A stretch of DNA of 64,000 nucleotides from Eledone cirrhosa (GCA_964016885.1 OZ024747.1:32426001-32490000), one strand, 5' to 3'. Counted from the first letter of the stretch, positions 45,421-62,600 are shown. Notes: generated by a model not told the origin, from the sequence alone. Program-made: numbers and translations.

Positions 45421-48400
45421 AAATATATAGTACAATATTACTGTTGAAAATATATAGTATAGTATAGTATTACTGTTGAAAATATATAGTATAGTATTAC
45501 TGTTGAAAATATATAGTATAGTATTACTGTTGAAAATATATAGTATTACTGTTGAAAATATATAGTATAGTATTACTGTTGAAAATATATAGTATAGTAT
45601 AGTATTACTGTTGAAAATATATAGTATAGTATTCTTGTTGAAAATATATAGTATAGTATTACTGTTAGAAATATATAGTACAGTATTACTGTTGGAAATA
45701 TATATTACAGTATTACTGTTGAAAATATATAGTATAGTATTACTGTTGAAAATATATAGTACAGTATTACTGTTGAAAACATATATTATAGTATTACTGT
45801 TAAAAATATATAGTATAGTATTACCATTGAAAATATATAGTATAGTACTACTGTTGAAAATATATAGTATATTATAGTACTACTGTTGAAAATATATAGT
45901 ATAGTATTACTGTTGAAAATATATAGTATATTATTACTGTTGAAAATATATAGTATAGTATTATTGTTGAAAATATATAGTATAGTATTACTGTTGGAAA
46001 TATATAGTACAGTATTACTGTTGGAAATATATAGTATTGCTGTTGAAAAGATATAGTATAGTATTACTGTTGAAAATATATAGTATAGTATTACTGTTGG
46101 AAATATATATTATAGTATTACTGTTGGAAATATATAGTACAGTATTACTGTTGGAAATATATAGTACAGTATTACTGTTGAAAATATATAGTATAGTATT
46201 ACTGTTGGAAATATATAGTATATTATTACTGTTGAAAATATATAGTATAGTATAGTATTACTGTTGAAAATACATAGTATAGTATTACTGTTGAAAATAT
46301 ATAGTATCGTATTACTGTTGGAAATATATAGTATAGTATTACTGTTGAAAATATATAGTACAATATTACTGTTGAAAATATATAGTATAGTATTACTGTT
46401 GAAAATATATAGTATAGTATTACTGTTGAAAATATATAGTATTACTGTTGAAAATATATAGTATAGTATTACTGTTGAAAATATATAGTATAGTATAGTA
46501 TTACTGTTGAAAATATATAGTATAGTATTCTTGTTGAAAATATATAGTATAGTATTACTGTTAGAAATATATAGTACAGTATTACTGTTGGAAATATATA
46601 TTACAGTATTACTGTTGAAAATATATAGTATAGTATTACTGTTGAAAATATATAGTATAGTATTATTGTTGAAAATATATAGTATAGTATTACTGTTGGA
46701 AATATATAGTACAGTATTACTGTTGGAAATATATAGTATTACTGTTGAAAAGATATAGTATAGCATTACTGTTGAAAATATATAGTATAGTATTACTGTT
46801 GAAAATATATAGTACAGTATTACTGTTGAAAACATATAGTATTACTGTAAAAAATATATAGTATAGTATTACTGTTGAAAATATATAGTATAGTACTACT
46901 GTTGAAAATATATAGTATAGTACTACAGTTGAAAATATATAGTATATTATTACTGTTGAAAATATATAGTATAGTATTACTGTTGAAAATATATAGTACA
47001 GTATTACTGTTGAAAATATATAGTACAGTATTACTGTTCAAAATATATAGTATAGTATTACTGTTGAAAATATATAGTATAGTATAGTATCACTGTTGGA
47101 AATATATAGTACAGTATTACTGCTGAAAATATATAGTACAATATTACTGTTGAAAATATATAGTACAGTATTACTGTTGAAAATATATAGTATAGTATTA
47201 CTGTTGAAAATATATAGTATAGTATTACTGGCGAAAATATAATATAGTATTACTGTTGAAAATATATAGTACAGTATTACTGTTGAAAATATATAGTATA
47301 GTATTACTGTTGAAAATATATAGTATAGTATTACTGTTGAAAATATATAGTATAGTATAGTATTACTGTTGGAAATATATAGTACAGTATTACTGTTGGA
47401 AATATATATTATAGTATTACTGTTAAAAATATATAGTATAGTATTACCATTGAAAATATATAGTATAGTACTACTGTTGAAAATATATAGTATAGTATAG
47501 TACTACTGTTGAAAATATATAGTATAGTATTTCTGTTGAAAATATATAGTATAGTATTACTGTTGAAAATATATAGTATAGTATTACTGTTGAAAATATA
47601 TAGTACAATATTACTGTTGAAAATATATAGTACAGTATTACTGTTGAAAATATATAGTATAGTATTACTGTTGAAAATATATAGTATAGTATAGTATCAC
47701 TGTTGGAAATATATAGTACAGTATTACTGTTGAAAATATATAGTACAATATTACTGTTGAAAATATATAGTACAGTACTACTGTTGAAAATATATAGTAT
47801 AGTATTACTGTTGAAAATATATAGTATAGTATAGTATAACTGTTCGAAATATATAGTACAGTATTACTGTTGAAAATATATAGTATAGTATTACTGTTGA
47901 AAATATATAGTATAGTATTACTGTTGAAAATATATAGTATAGTATAGTATTACTGTTGGAAATATATAGTACAGTATTACTGTTGGAAATATATAGTATT
48001 ACTGTTGAAAAGATATCGTCGAGTATTACTGTTGAAAATATACAGTATAGTATTACTGTTGAAAATATATAGTACAGTATTACTGTTGAAAATATATAGT
48101 ACAGTATTACTGTTGAAAATATATAGTACAGTATTACTGTTAAAAATATATGGTATAGTATTACTGTTGAAAACATAGTATAGTATTACTGTCCAAAACA
48201 TAATATAGTATTACTGTTGAAAATATATAGTACAGTATTACTGTTGGAAATATATATTATTGCTGTTGAAAAGATATAGTATATTATTACTGTTGAAAAT
48301 ATATAGTATAGTATTACTGTTGAAAATATATAGTATAGTATTACTGTTGGAAATATATAGTATAGTATTACTGTTGGAAATATATAGTATAGTATTACTG

Positions 48401-48900
48401 TTGGAAATATATAGTACAGTATTACTGTTGAAAATATATAGTATTAATTTTGAAAAAATATAGTATAGTATTACTGTTGAAAATATATAGTATAGTATAG
48501 TATTACTGTTGAAAATATATAGTATAGTATTATTGTTGAAAATATATAGTATAGTATTACTGTTGGAAATATATAGTACAGTATTACTGTTGGAAATATA
48601 TAGTATTACTGTTGAAAAGATATAGTATAGTATTACTGTTGAAAATATATAGTATAGTATTACTGTTGGAAATATATAGTATGGTATTACTGTTGGAAAT
48701 ATATAGTACAGTATTACTGTTGGAAATATATAGTACAGTATTACTGTTGAAAATATATAGTATAGTATTACTGTTGAAAATATATAGTATAGTATTACTG
48801 TTGAAAATATATAGTATAGTATATTATTACTGTTGAAAATATATAGTATAGTATTACAGTTGAAAATATATAGTATAGTATTACTGTTGGAAATATATAG
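45170..48900 (+). repeat. Third partial copy (~3.6 kb) of the 6-kb unit, offsets 3546-3691 from the second copy
   Basis: ORF pairs 42064/45611, 42564/46110, 43963/47509, 44119/47805 and 44921/48612. Confidence 0.85.
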
Positions 48901-51900
48901 TACAGTATTACTGTTAAAAATATATAGTATTACTTTTGAAAATATATAGTATAGTATTACTGTTGAAAATATATAGTATAGTATAGTATTACTGTTGAAA
49001 ATATATAGTATAGTATTATTGTTGAAAATATATAGTATAGTATTACTATTGGAAATATATAGTACAGTATTACTGTTGGAAATATATAGTATTACTGTTG
49101 AAAAGATATAGTATAGTATTACTGTTGAAAATATATAGTATAGTATTATTATCGAAAATATATAGTATAGAATTACTGTTGGAAATATATAGTACAGTAT
49201 TACTGTCGGAAATATATAGTATTACTGTTGAGAAGATATAGTATAGTATTACTGTTGAAAATATATAGTATAGTATTACTGTTGAAAATATATAGTATAG
49301 TATAGTATACGGTTGAAAATATATAGTACAGTATTACTGTTGAAAATATATAGTATAGTGTAACTGTTGAAAATATATAGTATAGTATTACTGTTGAAAA
49401 CATAGTATAGTATTACTGTTGGAAATATAGAGTATAGTATTACTGTTGAAAATATATGGTATAGTATAACTGTTGAAAATATATAGTACAGTATTACTGT
49501 TGAAAATATATAGTACATTATTACTGTTGAAAATATATAGTACAGTATTACTGTTAAAAATATATGTTATAGTATTACTATTGAAAACATAGTATAGTAT
49601 TACTGTCCAAAACATAATATAGTATTACTATTGAAAATATATAGTACAGTATTACTGTTGAAAGCATATAGTATTACTGTTAAAAATATATAGTATAGTA
49701 TTACTGTTGAAAATATATAGTATAGTACTACTGTTGAAAATATATAGTATAGTATTACTGTTGAAAATATATAGTATAGTATTACTGTTGGAAATATATA
49801 GTACAGTATTACTGTTGTAAATATATAGTACAGTATTACTGTGGAAAATGTATATTATTACTTTTGAAAAGATATAGTATAGTATTACGGTTGAAAATAT
49901 ATAGTATAGTATTACTGTTGAAAATATATAGGATAGTATTATTGTTGAAAACATATAGTATAGTATTACTCTTGGAAATATATAGTACAGTATTACTGTT
50001 GGAAATATATACTATTGCTGTTGAAAAGATATAGTATAGTATTACTGTTGAAAATATATAGTATAGTATTACTGTTGGAAATATATAGTATAGTATTACT
50101 GTTGGAAATATATAGTACAGTATTACTGTTGGAACTATATAGTACAGTATTACTGTTGAAAATATATAGTATAGTATTACTGTTGGAAATATATAGTATA
50201 GTATTACTGTTGAAAATATATAGTATAGTATAGTATTACTGTTGAAAATATATAGTATAGTATTACGGTTGAGAATATATAGTATAGTATTAATGTTGGA
50301 AATATATAGTATAGTATTACTGTTGAAAATATATAGTACAATATTACTGTTGAAAATATATAGTATTACTGTTGAAAAGATATCGTCGAGTATTACTGTT
50401 GAAAATATATAGTATAGTATTACTATTGGAATTATATAGTACAGTATTACTGTTGAAAATATATTGTATAGTATAGTATACGGTTGAAAATATATAGTAC
50501 AGTATTACTGTTGAAAATATATAGTATAGTATTACTGTTGAAAACATAGTATAGTATTACTGTTGGAAATATACAGTATAGTATTACTGTTGAAAATATA
50601 TGGTATAGTATTACTGTTGAAAATATACAGTATAGTATTACTGTTGAAAATATATAGTACAGTATTACTGTTGAAAATATATAGTATAGTATTACTGTCG
50701 AAAACATAATATAGTATTACTGTTGAAAATATATAGTACAGTATTACTGTTGAAAACATATATTATAGTATTACTGTTAAAAATATATAGTATAGTATTA
50801 CCATTGAAAATATATAGTATAGTACTACTGTTGAAAATATATAGTTTAGTATAGTACTACTGTTGAAAATATATAGTATAGTATTACTGTTGAAAATAGA
50901 TAGTATATTATTACTGTTGAAAATATATAGTATAGTATTACTGTTGGAAATATATAGTATAGTATTACTGTTGGAAATATATAGTATAGTATTACTGTTG
51001 GAAATATATAGTACAGTATTACTGTTGAAAATATATAGTATTACATTTGAAAAAATATAGTATTGTATTACTGTTGAAAATATATAGTATAGTATAGTAT
51101 TACTGTTGAAAATATATAGTATAGTATTATTGTTGAAAATATATAGTATAGTATTACTGTTGGAAATATATAGTACAGTATTACTGTTGGAAATATATAG
51201 TATTACTGTTGAAAAGATATAGTATAGTATTACTGTTGAAAATATATAGTATAGTATTACTGTTGGAAATATATAGTATAGTATTACTGTTGGAAATATA
51301 TAGTACAGTATTACTGTTGGAAATATATAGTACAGTATTACTGTTGAAAATATATAGTATAGTATTACTGTTGAAAATATATAGTATAGTATTACTGTTG
51401 AAAATATATAGTATAGTATTACTGTTGAAAATATATAGTATAGTATTACTGTTGAAAATATATAGTATAGTATTACTGTTGGAAATATATAGTATAGTAT
51501 TACTGTTAAAAATATATAGTGCAATATTACTGTTGAAAATATATAGTATAGTATAGTATTACTGTTGAAAATATATAGTATAGTATTACTGTTGAAAATA
51601 TATAGTACAGTATTACTGTTGAAAACATATAGTATTACTGTAAAAAATATATAGTATAGTATTACTGTTGAAAATATATAGTATAGTACTACTGTTGAAA
51701 ATATATAGTATAGTACTACAGTTGAAAATATATAGTATATTATTACTGTTGAAAATATATAGTATAGTATTACTGTTGAAAATATATAGTACAGTATTAC
51801 TGTTGAAAATATATAGTACAGTATTACTGTTCAAAATATATAGTATAGTATTACTGTTGAAAATATATAGTATAGTATAGTATCACTGTTGGAAATATAT

Positions 51901-54900
51901 AGTACAGTATTACTGCTGAAAATATATAGTACAATATTACTGTTGAAAATATATAGTACAGTATTACTGTTGAAAATATATAGTATAGTATTACTGTTGA
52001 AAATATATAGTATAGTATTACTGGCGAAAATATAATATAGTATTACTGTTGAAAATATATAGTACAGTATTACTGTTGAAAATATATAGTATAGTATTAC
52101 TGTTGAAAATATATAGTATAGTATTACTGTTGAAAATATATAGTATAGTATAGTATTACTGTTGGAAATATATAGTACAGTATTACTGTTGGAAATATAT
52201 ATTATAGTATTACTGTTAAAAATATATAGTATAGTATTACCATTGAAAATATATAGTATAGTACTACTGTTGAAAATATATAGTATAGTATAGTACTACT
52301 GTTGAAAATATATAGTATAGTATTACTGTTGAAAATATATAGTATAGTATTACTGTTGAAAATATATAGTATAGTATTACTGTTGAAAATATATAGTACA
52401 ATATTACTGTTCAAAATATATAGTACAGTATTACTGTTGAAAATATATAGTATAGTATTACTGTTGAAAATATATAGTATAGTATAGTATCACTGTTGGA
52501 AATATATAGTACAGTATTACTGTTGAAAATATATAGTACAATATTACTGTTGAAAATATATAGTACAGTACTACTGTTGAAAATATATAGTATAGTATTA
52601 CTGTTGAAAATATATAGTATAGTATAGTATAACTGTTCGAAATATATAGTACAGTATTACTGTTGAAAATATATAGTATAGTATTACTGTTGAAAATATA
52701 TAGTATAGTATTACTGTTGAAAATATATAGTATAGTATAGTATTACTGTTGGAAATATATAGTACAGTATTACTGTTGGAAATATATAGTATTACTGTTG
52801 AAAAGATATCGTCGAGTATTACTGTTGAAAATATACAGTATAGTATTACTGTTGAAAATATATAGTACAGTATTACTGTTGAAAATATATAGTACAGTAT
52901 TACTGTTGAAAATATATAGTACAGTATTACTGTTAAAAATATATGGTATAGTATTACTGTTGAAAACATAGTATAGTATTACTGTCCAAAACATAATATA
53001 GTATTACTGTTGAAAATATATAGTACAGTATTACTGTTGGAAATATATATTATTGCTGTTGAAAAGATATAGTATATTATTACTGTTGAAAATATATAGT
53101 ATAGTATTACTGTTGAAAATATATAGTATAGTATTACTGTTGGAAATATATAGTATAGTATTACTGTTGAAAATATATAGTATAGTATTACTGTTGGAAA
53201 TATATAGTACAGTATTACTGTTGAAAATATATAGTATTAATTTTGAAAAAATATAGTATAGTATTACTGTTGAAAATATATAGTATAGTATAGTATTACT
53301 GTTGAAAATATATAGTATAGTATTATTGTTGAAAATATATAGTATAGTATTACTGTTGGAAATATATAGTACAGTATTACTGTTGGAAATATATAGTATT
53401 ACTGTTGAAAAGATATAGTATAGTATTACTGTTGAAAATATATAGTATAGTATTACTGTTGGAAATATATAGTATGGTATTACTGTTGGAAATATATAGT
53501 ACAGTATTACTGTTGGAAATATATAGTACAGTATTACTGTTGAAAATATATAGTATAGTATTACTGTTGAAAATATATAGTATAGTATTACTGTTGAAAA
53601 TATATAGTATAGTATATTATTACTGTTGAAAATATATAGTATAGTATTACAGTTGAAAATATATAGTATAGTATTACTGTTGGAAATATATAGTACAGTA
53701 TTACTGTTAAAAATATATAGTATTACTTTTGAAAATATATAGTATAGTATTACTGTTGAAAATATATAGTATAGTATAGTATTACTGTTGAAAATATATA
53801 GTATAGTATTATTGTTGAAAATATATAGTATAGTATTACTATTGGAAATATATAGTACAGTATTACTGTTGGAAATATATAGTATTACTGTTGAAAAGAT
53901 ATAGTATAGTATTACTGTTGAAAATATATAGTATAGTATTATTATCGAAAATATATAGTATAGAATTACTGTTGGAAATATATAGTACAGTATTACTGTC
54001 GGAAATATATAGTATTACTGTTGAGAAGATATAGTATAGTATTACTGTTGAAAATATATAGTATAGTATTACTGTTGAAAATATATAGTATAGTATAGTA
54101 TACGGTTGAAAATATATAGTACAGTATTACTGTTGAAAATATATAGTATAGTGTAACTGTTGAAAATATATAGTATAGTATTACTGTTGAAAACATAGTA
54201 TAGTATTACTGTTGGAAATATAGAGTATAGTATTACTGTTGAAAATATATGGTATAGTATAACTGTTGAAAATATATAGTACAGTATTACTGTTGAAAAT
54301 ATATAGTACATTATTACTGTTGAAAATATATAGTACAGTATTACTGTTAAAAATATATGTTATAGTATTACTATTGAAAACATAGTATAGTATTACTGTC
54401 CAAAACATAATATAGTATTACTATTGAAAATATATAGTACAGTATTACTGTTGAAAGCATATAGTATTACTGTTAAAAATATATAGTATAGTATTACTGT
54501 TGAAAATATATAGTATAGTACTACTGTTGAAAATATATAGTATAGTATTACTGTTGAAAATATATAGTATAGTATTACTGTTGGAAATATATAGTACAGT
54601 ATTACTGTTGTAAATATATAGTACAGTATTACTGTGGAAAATGTATATTATTACTTTTGAAAAGATATAGTATAGTATTACGGTTGAAAATATATAGTAT
54701 AGTATTACTGTTGAAAATATATAGGATAGTATTATTGTTGAAAACATATAGTATAGTATTACTCTTGGAAATATATAGTACAGTATTACTGTTGGAAATA
54801 TATACTATTGCTGTTGAAAAGATATAGTATAGTATTACTGTTGAAAATATATAGTATAGTATTACTGTTGGAAATATATAGTATAGTATTACTGTTGGAA

Positions 54901-56340
54901 ATATATAGTACAGTATTACTGTTGGAACTATATAGTACAGTATTACTGTTGAAAATATATAGTATAGTATTACTGTTGGAAATATATAGTATAGTATTAC
55001 TGTTGAAAATATATAGTATAGTATAGTATTACTGTTGAAAATATATAGTATAGTATTACGGTTGAGAATATATAGTATAGTATTAATGTTGGAAATATAT
55101 AGTATAGTATTACTGTTGAAAATATATAGTACAATATTACTGTTGAAAATATATAGTATTACTGTTGAAAAGATATCGTCGAGTATTACTGTTGAAAATA
55201 TATAGTATAGTATTACTATTGGAATTATATAGTACAGTATTACTGTTGAAAATATATTGTATAGTATAGTATACGGTTGAAAATATATAGTACAGTATTA
55301 CTGTTGAAAATATATAGTATAGTATTACTGTTGAAAACATAGTATAGTATTACTGTTGGAAATATACAGTATAGTATTACTGTTGAAAATATATGGTATA
55401 GTATTACTGTTGAAAATATACAGTATAGTATTACTGTTGAAAATATATAGTACAGTATTACTGTTGAAAATATATAGTATAGTATTACTGTCGAAAACAT
55501 AATATAGTATTACTGTTGAAAATATATAGTACAGTATTACTGTTGAAAACATATATTATAGTATTACTGTTAAAAATATATAGTATAGTATTACCATTGA
55601 AAATATATAGTATAGTACTACTGTTGAAAATATATAGTTTAGTATAGTACTACTGTTGAAAATATATAGTATAGTATTACTGTTGAAAATATATAGTATA
55701 TTATTACTGTTGAAAATATATAGTATAGTATTACTGTTGGAAATATATAGTATAGTATTACTGTTGGAAATATATAGTATAGTATTACTGTTGGAAATAT
55801 ATAGTACAGTATTACTGTTGAAAATATATAGTATTACATTTGAAAAAATATAGTATTGTATTACTGTTGAAAATATATAGTATAGTATTATTGTTGAAAA
55901 TATATAGTATAGTATTACTGTTGGAAATATATAGTACAGTATTACTGTTGGAAATATATAGTATTACTGTTGAAAAGATATAGTATAGTATTACTGTTGA
56001 AAATATATAGTATAGTATTACTGTTGGAAATATATAGTATAGTATTACTGTTGGAAATATATAGTACAGTATTACTGTTGGAAATATATAGTACAGTATT
56101 ACTGTTGAAAATATATAGTATAGTATTACTGTTGAAAATATATAGTATAGTATTACTGTTGAAAATATATAGTATAGTATTACTGTTGAAAATATATAGT
56201 ATAGTATTACTGTTGAAAATATATAGTATAGTATTACTGTTGGAAATATATAGTATAGTATTACTGTTAAAAATATATAGTGCAATATTACTGTTGAAAA
56301 TATATAGTATAGTATAGTATTACTGTTGAAAATATATAGT
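46770..56340 (+). repeat. Tandem duplication, period 4793 bp
   Basis: ORF pairs 46820/51613, 47805/52598, 49200/53993, 50015/54808 and 50863/55656. GGAACTATAT at 50131 and 54924. Confidence 0.92.
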
Positions 56341-59300
56341 ATAGTGTTACTTTTGAAAATATATAGTATAGTATTACTGTTGAAAATATATAGTATAGTA
56401 CAGTATTACTGTTGAAAATATATAGTATAGTATTACTGTTGAAAATATATAGTATAGTATTACTGTTGGAAATATATAGTATTACTTTTGAAAATATATA
56501 GTATAGTATAGTATTACTGTTGAAAATATATAGTATAGTATTATTGTTGAAAATATATAGTATAGTATTACTGTTGGAAATATATAGTACAGTATTACTG
56601 TTGCAAATATATAGTATTACTGTTGAAAAGATATAGTATAGTATTACTGTTGAAAATATATTGTATATTATTACTGTTGAAAATATATAGTATAGTATAG
56701 TATTACTGTTGAAAATATATAGTATAGTATTATTATTGAAAATATATAGTATAGTATTACTGTTGGAAATATATAGTACAGTATTACTGTTGGAAATATA
56801 TAGTATTACTGTTGAAAAGATATAGTATAGTATTACTGTTGAAAATATTTAGAATAGTATTACTGTTGAAAATATACAGTATAGTATTACTGTTGAAAAT
56901 ATATAGTACAGTATTACTGTTGAAAATATATAGTATAGTATTACTGTCGAAAACATAATATAGTATTACTGTTGAAAATATATAGTACAGTATTACTGTT
57001 GAAAACATATATTATAGTATTACTGTTAAAAATATATAGTATAGTATTACCATTGAAAATATATAGTATAGTACTACTGTTTAAAATATATAGTTTAGTA
57101 TAGTACTACTGTTGAAAATATATAGTATAGTATCACTGTTGAAAATATATAGTATATTATTACTGTTGAAAATATATAGTATAGTATTACTGTTGGAAAT
57201 ATATAGTATAGTATTACTGTTGGAAATATATAGTATAGTATTACTGTTGGAAATATATAGTACAGTATTACTGTTGAAAATATATAGTATTACATTTGAA
57301 AAAATATAGTATTGTATTACTGTTGAAAATATATAGTATAGTATAGTATTACTGTTGAAAATATATAGTATAGTATTATTGTTGAAAATATATAGTATAG
57401 TATTACTGTTGGAAATATATAGTACAGTATTACTTTTGGAAATATATAGTATTACTGTTGAAAAGATATAGTATAGTATTACTGTTGAAAATATATAGTA
57501 TAGTATTACTGTTGGAAATATATAGTATAGTATTACTGTTGGAAATATATAGTACAGTATAACTGTTGGAAATATATAGTACAGTATTACTGTTGAAAAT
57601 ATATAGTATAGTATTACTGTTGAAAATATATAGTATAGTATTACTGTTGAAAATATATAGTATAGTATTACTGTTGAAAATATATAGTATAGTATTACTG
57701 TTGAAAATATATAGTATAGTATTACTGTTGGAAATATATAGTATAGTATTACTGTTAAAAATATATAGTGCAATATTACTGTTGAAAATATATAGTATAG
57801 TATAGTATTACTGTTGAAAATATATAGTATAGTGTTACTTTTGAAAATATATAGTATAGTATTACTGTTGAAAATATATAGTATAGTACAGTATTACTGT
57901 TGAAAATATATAGTATAGTATTACTGTTGAAAATATATAGTATAGTATTACTGTTGGAAATATATAGTATTACTTTTGAAAATATATAGTATAGTATAGT
58001 ATTACTGTTGAAAATATATAGTATAGTATTATTGTTGAAAATATATAGTATAGTATTACTGTTGGAAATATATAGTACAGTATTACTGTTGCAAATATAT
58101 AATATTACTGTTGAAAAGATATAGTATAGTATTACTGTTGAAAATATATTGTATATTATTACTGTTGAAAATATATAGTATAGTATAGTATTACTGTTGA
58201 AAATATATAGTATAGTATTATTATTGAAAATATATAGTATAGTATTACTGTTGGAAATATATAGTACAGTATTACTGTTGGAAATATATAGTATTACTGT
58301 TGAAAAGATATAGTATAGTATTACTGTTGAAAATATTTAGAATAGTATTACTGTTGAAAATATATACTACAGTATTACTATTGGAAATATATAGTACAGT
58401 ATTACTATTGGAATTATATAGTACAGTATTACTGTTGAAAATATATAGTATAGTATTACTGTAGAAAATATATAGTATAGTATAGTATACGGTTGAAAAT
58501 ATATAGTACAGTATTACTGTTGAAAATATATAGTATAGTATTACTGTTGGAAATATTTAGTATAGTATTACTGTTGGAAATATATAGTACAGTATTACTG
58601 TTGAAAATATATAGTATTACATTTGAAAAAATATAGTATTGTATTACTGTTGAAAATATATAGTATAGTATAGTATTACTGTTGAAAATATATAGTATAG
58701 TATTATTGTTGAAAATATATAGTATAGTATTACTGTTGGAAATATATAGTACAGTATTACTGTTGGAAATATATAGTATTACTGTTGAAAAGATATAGTA
58801 TAGTATTACTGTTGAAAATATATAGTATAGTATTACTGTTAGAAATATATAGTATAGTATTACTGTTGGAAATATATAGTACAGTATTACTGTTGGAAAT
58901 ATATAGTATAGTATTACTGTTGAAAATATATAGTATAGTATTACTGTTGGAAATATATAGTACAGTATTACTGTTGAAAATATATAGTATTAATTTTGAA
59001 AAAATATAGTATAGTATTACTGTTGAAAATATATAGTATAGTATAGTATTACTGTTGAAAATATATAGTATAGTATTATTGTTGAAAATATATAGTATAG
59101 TATTACTGTTGGAAATATATAGTACAGTATTACTGTTGGAAATATATAGTATTACTGTTGAAAAGATATAGTATAGTATTACTGTTGAAAATATATAGTA
59201 TAGTATTACTGTTGGAAATATATAGTATGGTATTACTGTTGGAAATATATAGTACAGTATTACTGTTGGAAATATATAGTACAGTATTACTGTTGAAAAT

Positions 59301-62300
59301 ATATAGTATAGTATTACTGTTGAAAATATATAGTATAGTATTACTGTTGAAAATATATAGTATAGTATATTATTACTGTTGAAAATATATAGTATAGTAT
59401 TACAGTTGAAAATATATAGTATAGTATTACTGTTGGAAATATATAGTACAGTATTACTGTTAAAAATATATAGTATTACTTTTGAAAATATATAGTATAG
59501 TATTACTGTTGAAAATATATAGTATAGTATAGTATTACTGTTGAAAATATATAGTATAGTATTATTGTTGAAAATATATAGTATAGTATTACTATTGGAA
59601 ATATATAGTACAGTATTACTGTTGGAAATATATAGTATTACTGTTGAAAAGATATAGTATAGTATTACTGTTGAAAATATATAGTATAGTATTATTATCG
59701 AAAATATATAGTATAGAATTACTGTTGGAAATATATAGTACAGTATTACTGTCGGAAATATATAGTATTACTGTTGAGAAGATATAGTATAGTATTACTG
59801 TTGAAAATATATAGTATAGTATTACTGTTGAAAATATATAGTATAGTATAGTATACGGTTGAAAATATATAGTACAGTATTACTGTTGAAAATATATAGT
59901 ATAGTGTAACTGTTGAAAATATATAGTATAGTATTACTGTTGAAAACATAGTATAGTATTACTGTTGGAAATATAGAGTATAGTATTACTGTTGAAAATA
60001 TATGGTATAGTATAACTGTTGAAAATATATAGTACAGTATTACTGTTGAAAATATATAGTACATTATTACTGTTGAAAATATATAGTACAGTATTACTGT
60101 TAAAAATATATGTTATAGTATTACTATTGAAAACATAGTATAGTATTACTGTCCAAAACATAATATAGTATTACTATTGAAAATATATAGTACAGTATTA
60201 CTGTTGAAAGCATATAGTATTACTGTTAAAAATATATAGTATAGTATTACTGTTGAAAATATATAGTATAGTACTACTGTTGAAAATATATAGTATAGTA
60301 TTACTGTTGAAAATATATAGTATAGTATTACTGTTGGAAATATATAGTACAGTATTACTGTTGTAAATATATAGTACAGTATTACTGTGGAAAATGTATA
60401 TTATTACTTTTGAAAAGATATAGTATAGTATTACGGTTGAAAATATATAGTATAGTATTACTGTTGAAAATATATAGGATAGTATTATTGTTGAAAACAT
60501 ATAGTATAGTATTACTCTTGGAAATATATAGTACAGTATTACTGTTGGAAATATATACTATTGCTGTTGAAAAGATATAGTATAGTATTACTGTTGAAAA
60601 TATATAGTATAGTATTACTGTTGGAAATATATAGTATAGTATTACTGTTGGAAATATATAGTACAGTATTACTGTTGGAACTATATAGTACAGTATTACT
60701 GTTGAAAATATATAGTATAGTATTACTGTTGGAAATATATAGTATAGTATTACTGTTGAAAATATATAGTATAGTATAGTATTACTGTTGAAAATATATA
60801 GTATAGTATTACGGTTGAGAATATATAGTATAGTATTAATGTTGGAAATATATAGTATAGTATTACTGTTGAAAATATATAGTACAATATTACTGTTGAA
60901 AATATATAGTATTACTGTTGAAAAGATATCGTCGAGTATTACTGTTGAAAATATATAGTATAGTATTACTATTGGAATTATATAGTACAGTATTACTGTT
61001 GAAAATATATTGTATAGTATAGTATACGGTTGAAAATATATAGTACAGTATTACTGTTGAAAATATATAGTATAGTATTACTGTTGAAAACATAGTATAG
61101 TATTACTGTTGGAAATATACAGTATAGTATTACTGTTGAAAATATATGGTATAGTATTACTGTTGAAAATATACAGTATAGTATTACTGTTGAAAATATA
61201 TAGTACAGTATTACTGTTGAAAATATATAGTATAGTATTACTGTCGAAAACATAATATAGTATTACTGTTGAAAATATATAGTACAGTATTACTGTTGAA
61301 AACATATATTATAGTATTACTGTTAAAAATATATAGTATAGTATTACCATTGAAAATATATAGTATAGTACTACTGTTGAAAATATATAGTTTAGTATAG
61401 TACTACTGTTGAAAATATATAGTATAGTATTACTGTTGAAAATATATAGTATATTATTACTGTTGAAAATATATAGTATAGTATTACTGTTGGAAATATA
61501 TAGTATAGTATTACTGTTGGAAATATATAGTACAGTATTACTGTTGAAAATATATAGTATTACATTTGAAAAAATATAGTATTGTATTACTGTTGAAAAT
61601 ATATAGTATAGTATAGTATTACTGTTGAAAATATATAGTATAGTATTATTGTTGAAAATATATAGTATAGTATTACTGTTGGAAATATATAGTACAGTAT
61701 TACTGTTGGAAATATATAGTATTACTGTTGAAAAGATATAGTATAGTATTACTGTTGAAAATATATAGTATAGTATTACTGTTGGAAATATATAGTATAG
61801 TATTACTGTTGGAAATATATAGTACAGTATTACTGTTGGAAATATATAGTACAGTATTACTGTTGAAAATATATAGTATAGTATTACTGTTGAAAATATA
61901 TAGTATAGTATTACTGTTGAAAATATATAGTATAGTATTACTGTTGAAAATATATAGTATAGTATTACTGTTGAAAATATATAGTATAGTATTACTGTTG
62001 GAAATATATAGTATAGTATTACTGTTAAAAATATATAGTGCAATATTACTGTTGAAAATATATAGTATAGTATAGTATTACTGTTGAAAATATATAGTAT
62101 AGTGTTACTTTTGAAAATATATAGTATAGTATTACTGTTGAAAATATATAGTATAGTACAGTATTACTGTTGAAAATATATAGTATAGTATTACTGTTGA
62201 AAATATATAGTATAGTATTACTGTTGGAAATATATAGTATTACTTTTGAAAATATATAGTATAGTATAGTATTACTGTTGAAAATATATAGTATAGTATT

Positions 62301-62600
62301 ATTGTTGAAAATATATAGTATAGTATTACTGTTGGAAATATATAGTACAGTATTACTGTTGCAAATATATAATATTACTGTTGAAAAGATATAGTATAGT
62401 ATTACTGTTGAAAATATATTGTATATTATTACTGTTGAAAATATATAGTATAGTATAGTATTACTGTTGAAAATATATAGTATAGTATTATTATTGAAAA
62501 TATATAGTATAGTATTACTGTTGGAAATATATAGTACAGTATTACTGTTGGAAATATATAGTATTACTGTTGAAAAGATATAGTATAGTATTACTGTTGA
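53080..62600 (+). repeat. Duplication at offset 5753 (about 53080-56840 vs 58860-62600)
   Basis: ORF pairs 53405/59158, 53993/59746, 54808/60561 and 55325/61078. GGAACTATAT at 54924 and 60677. Confidence 0.88.
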
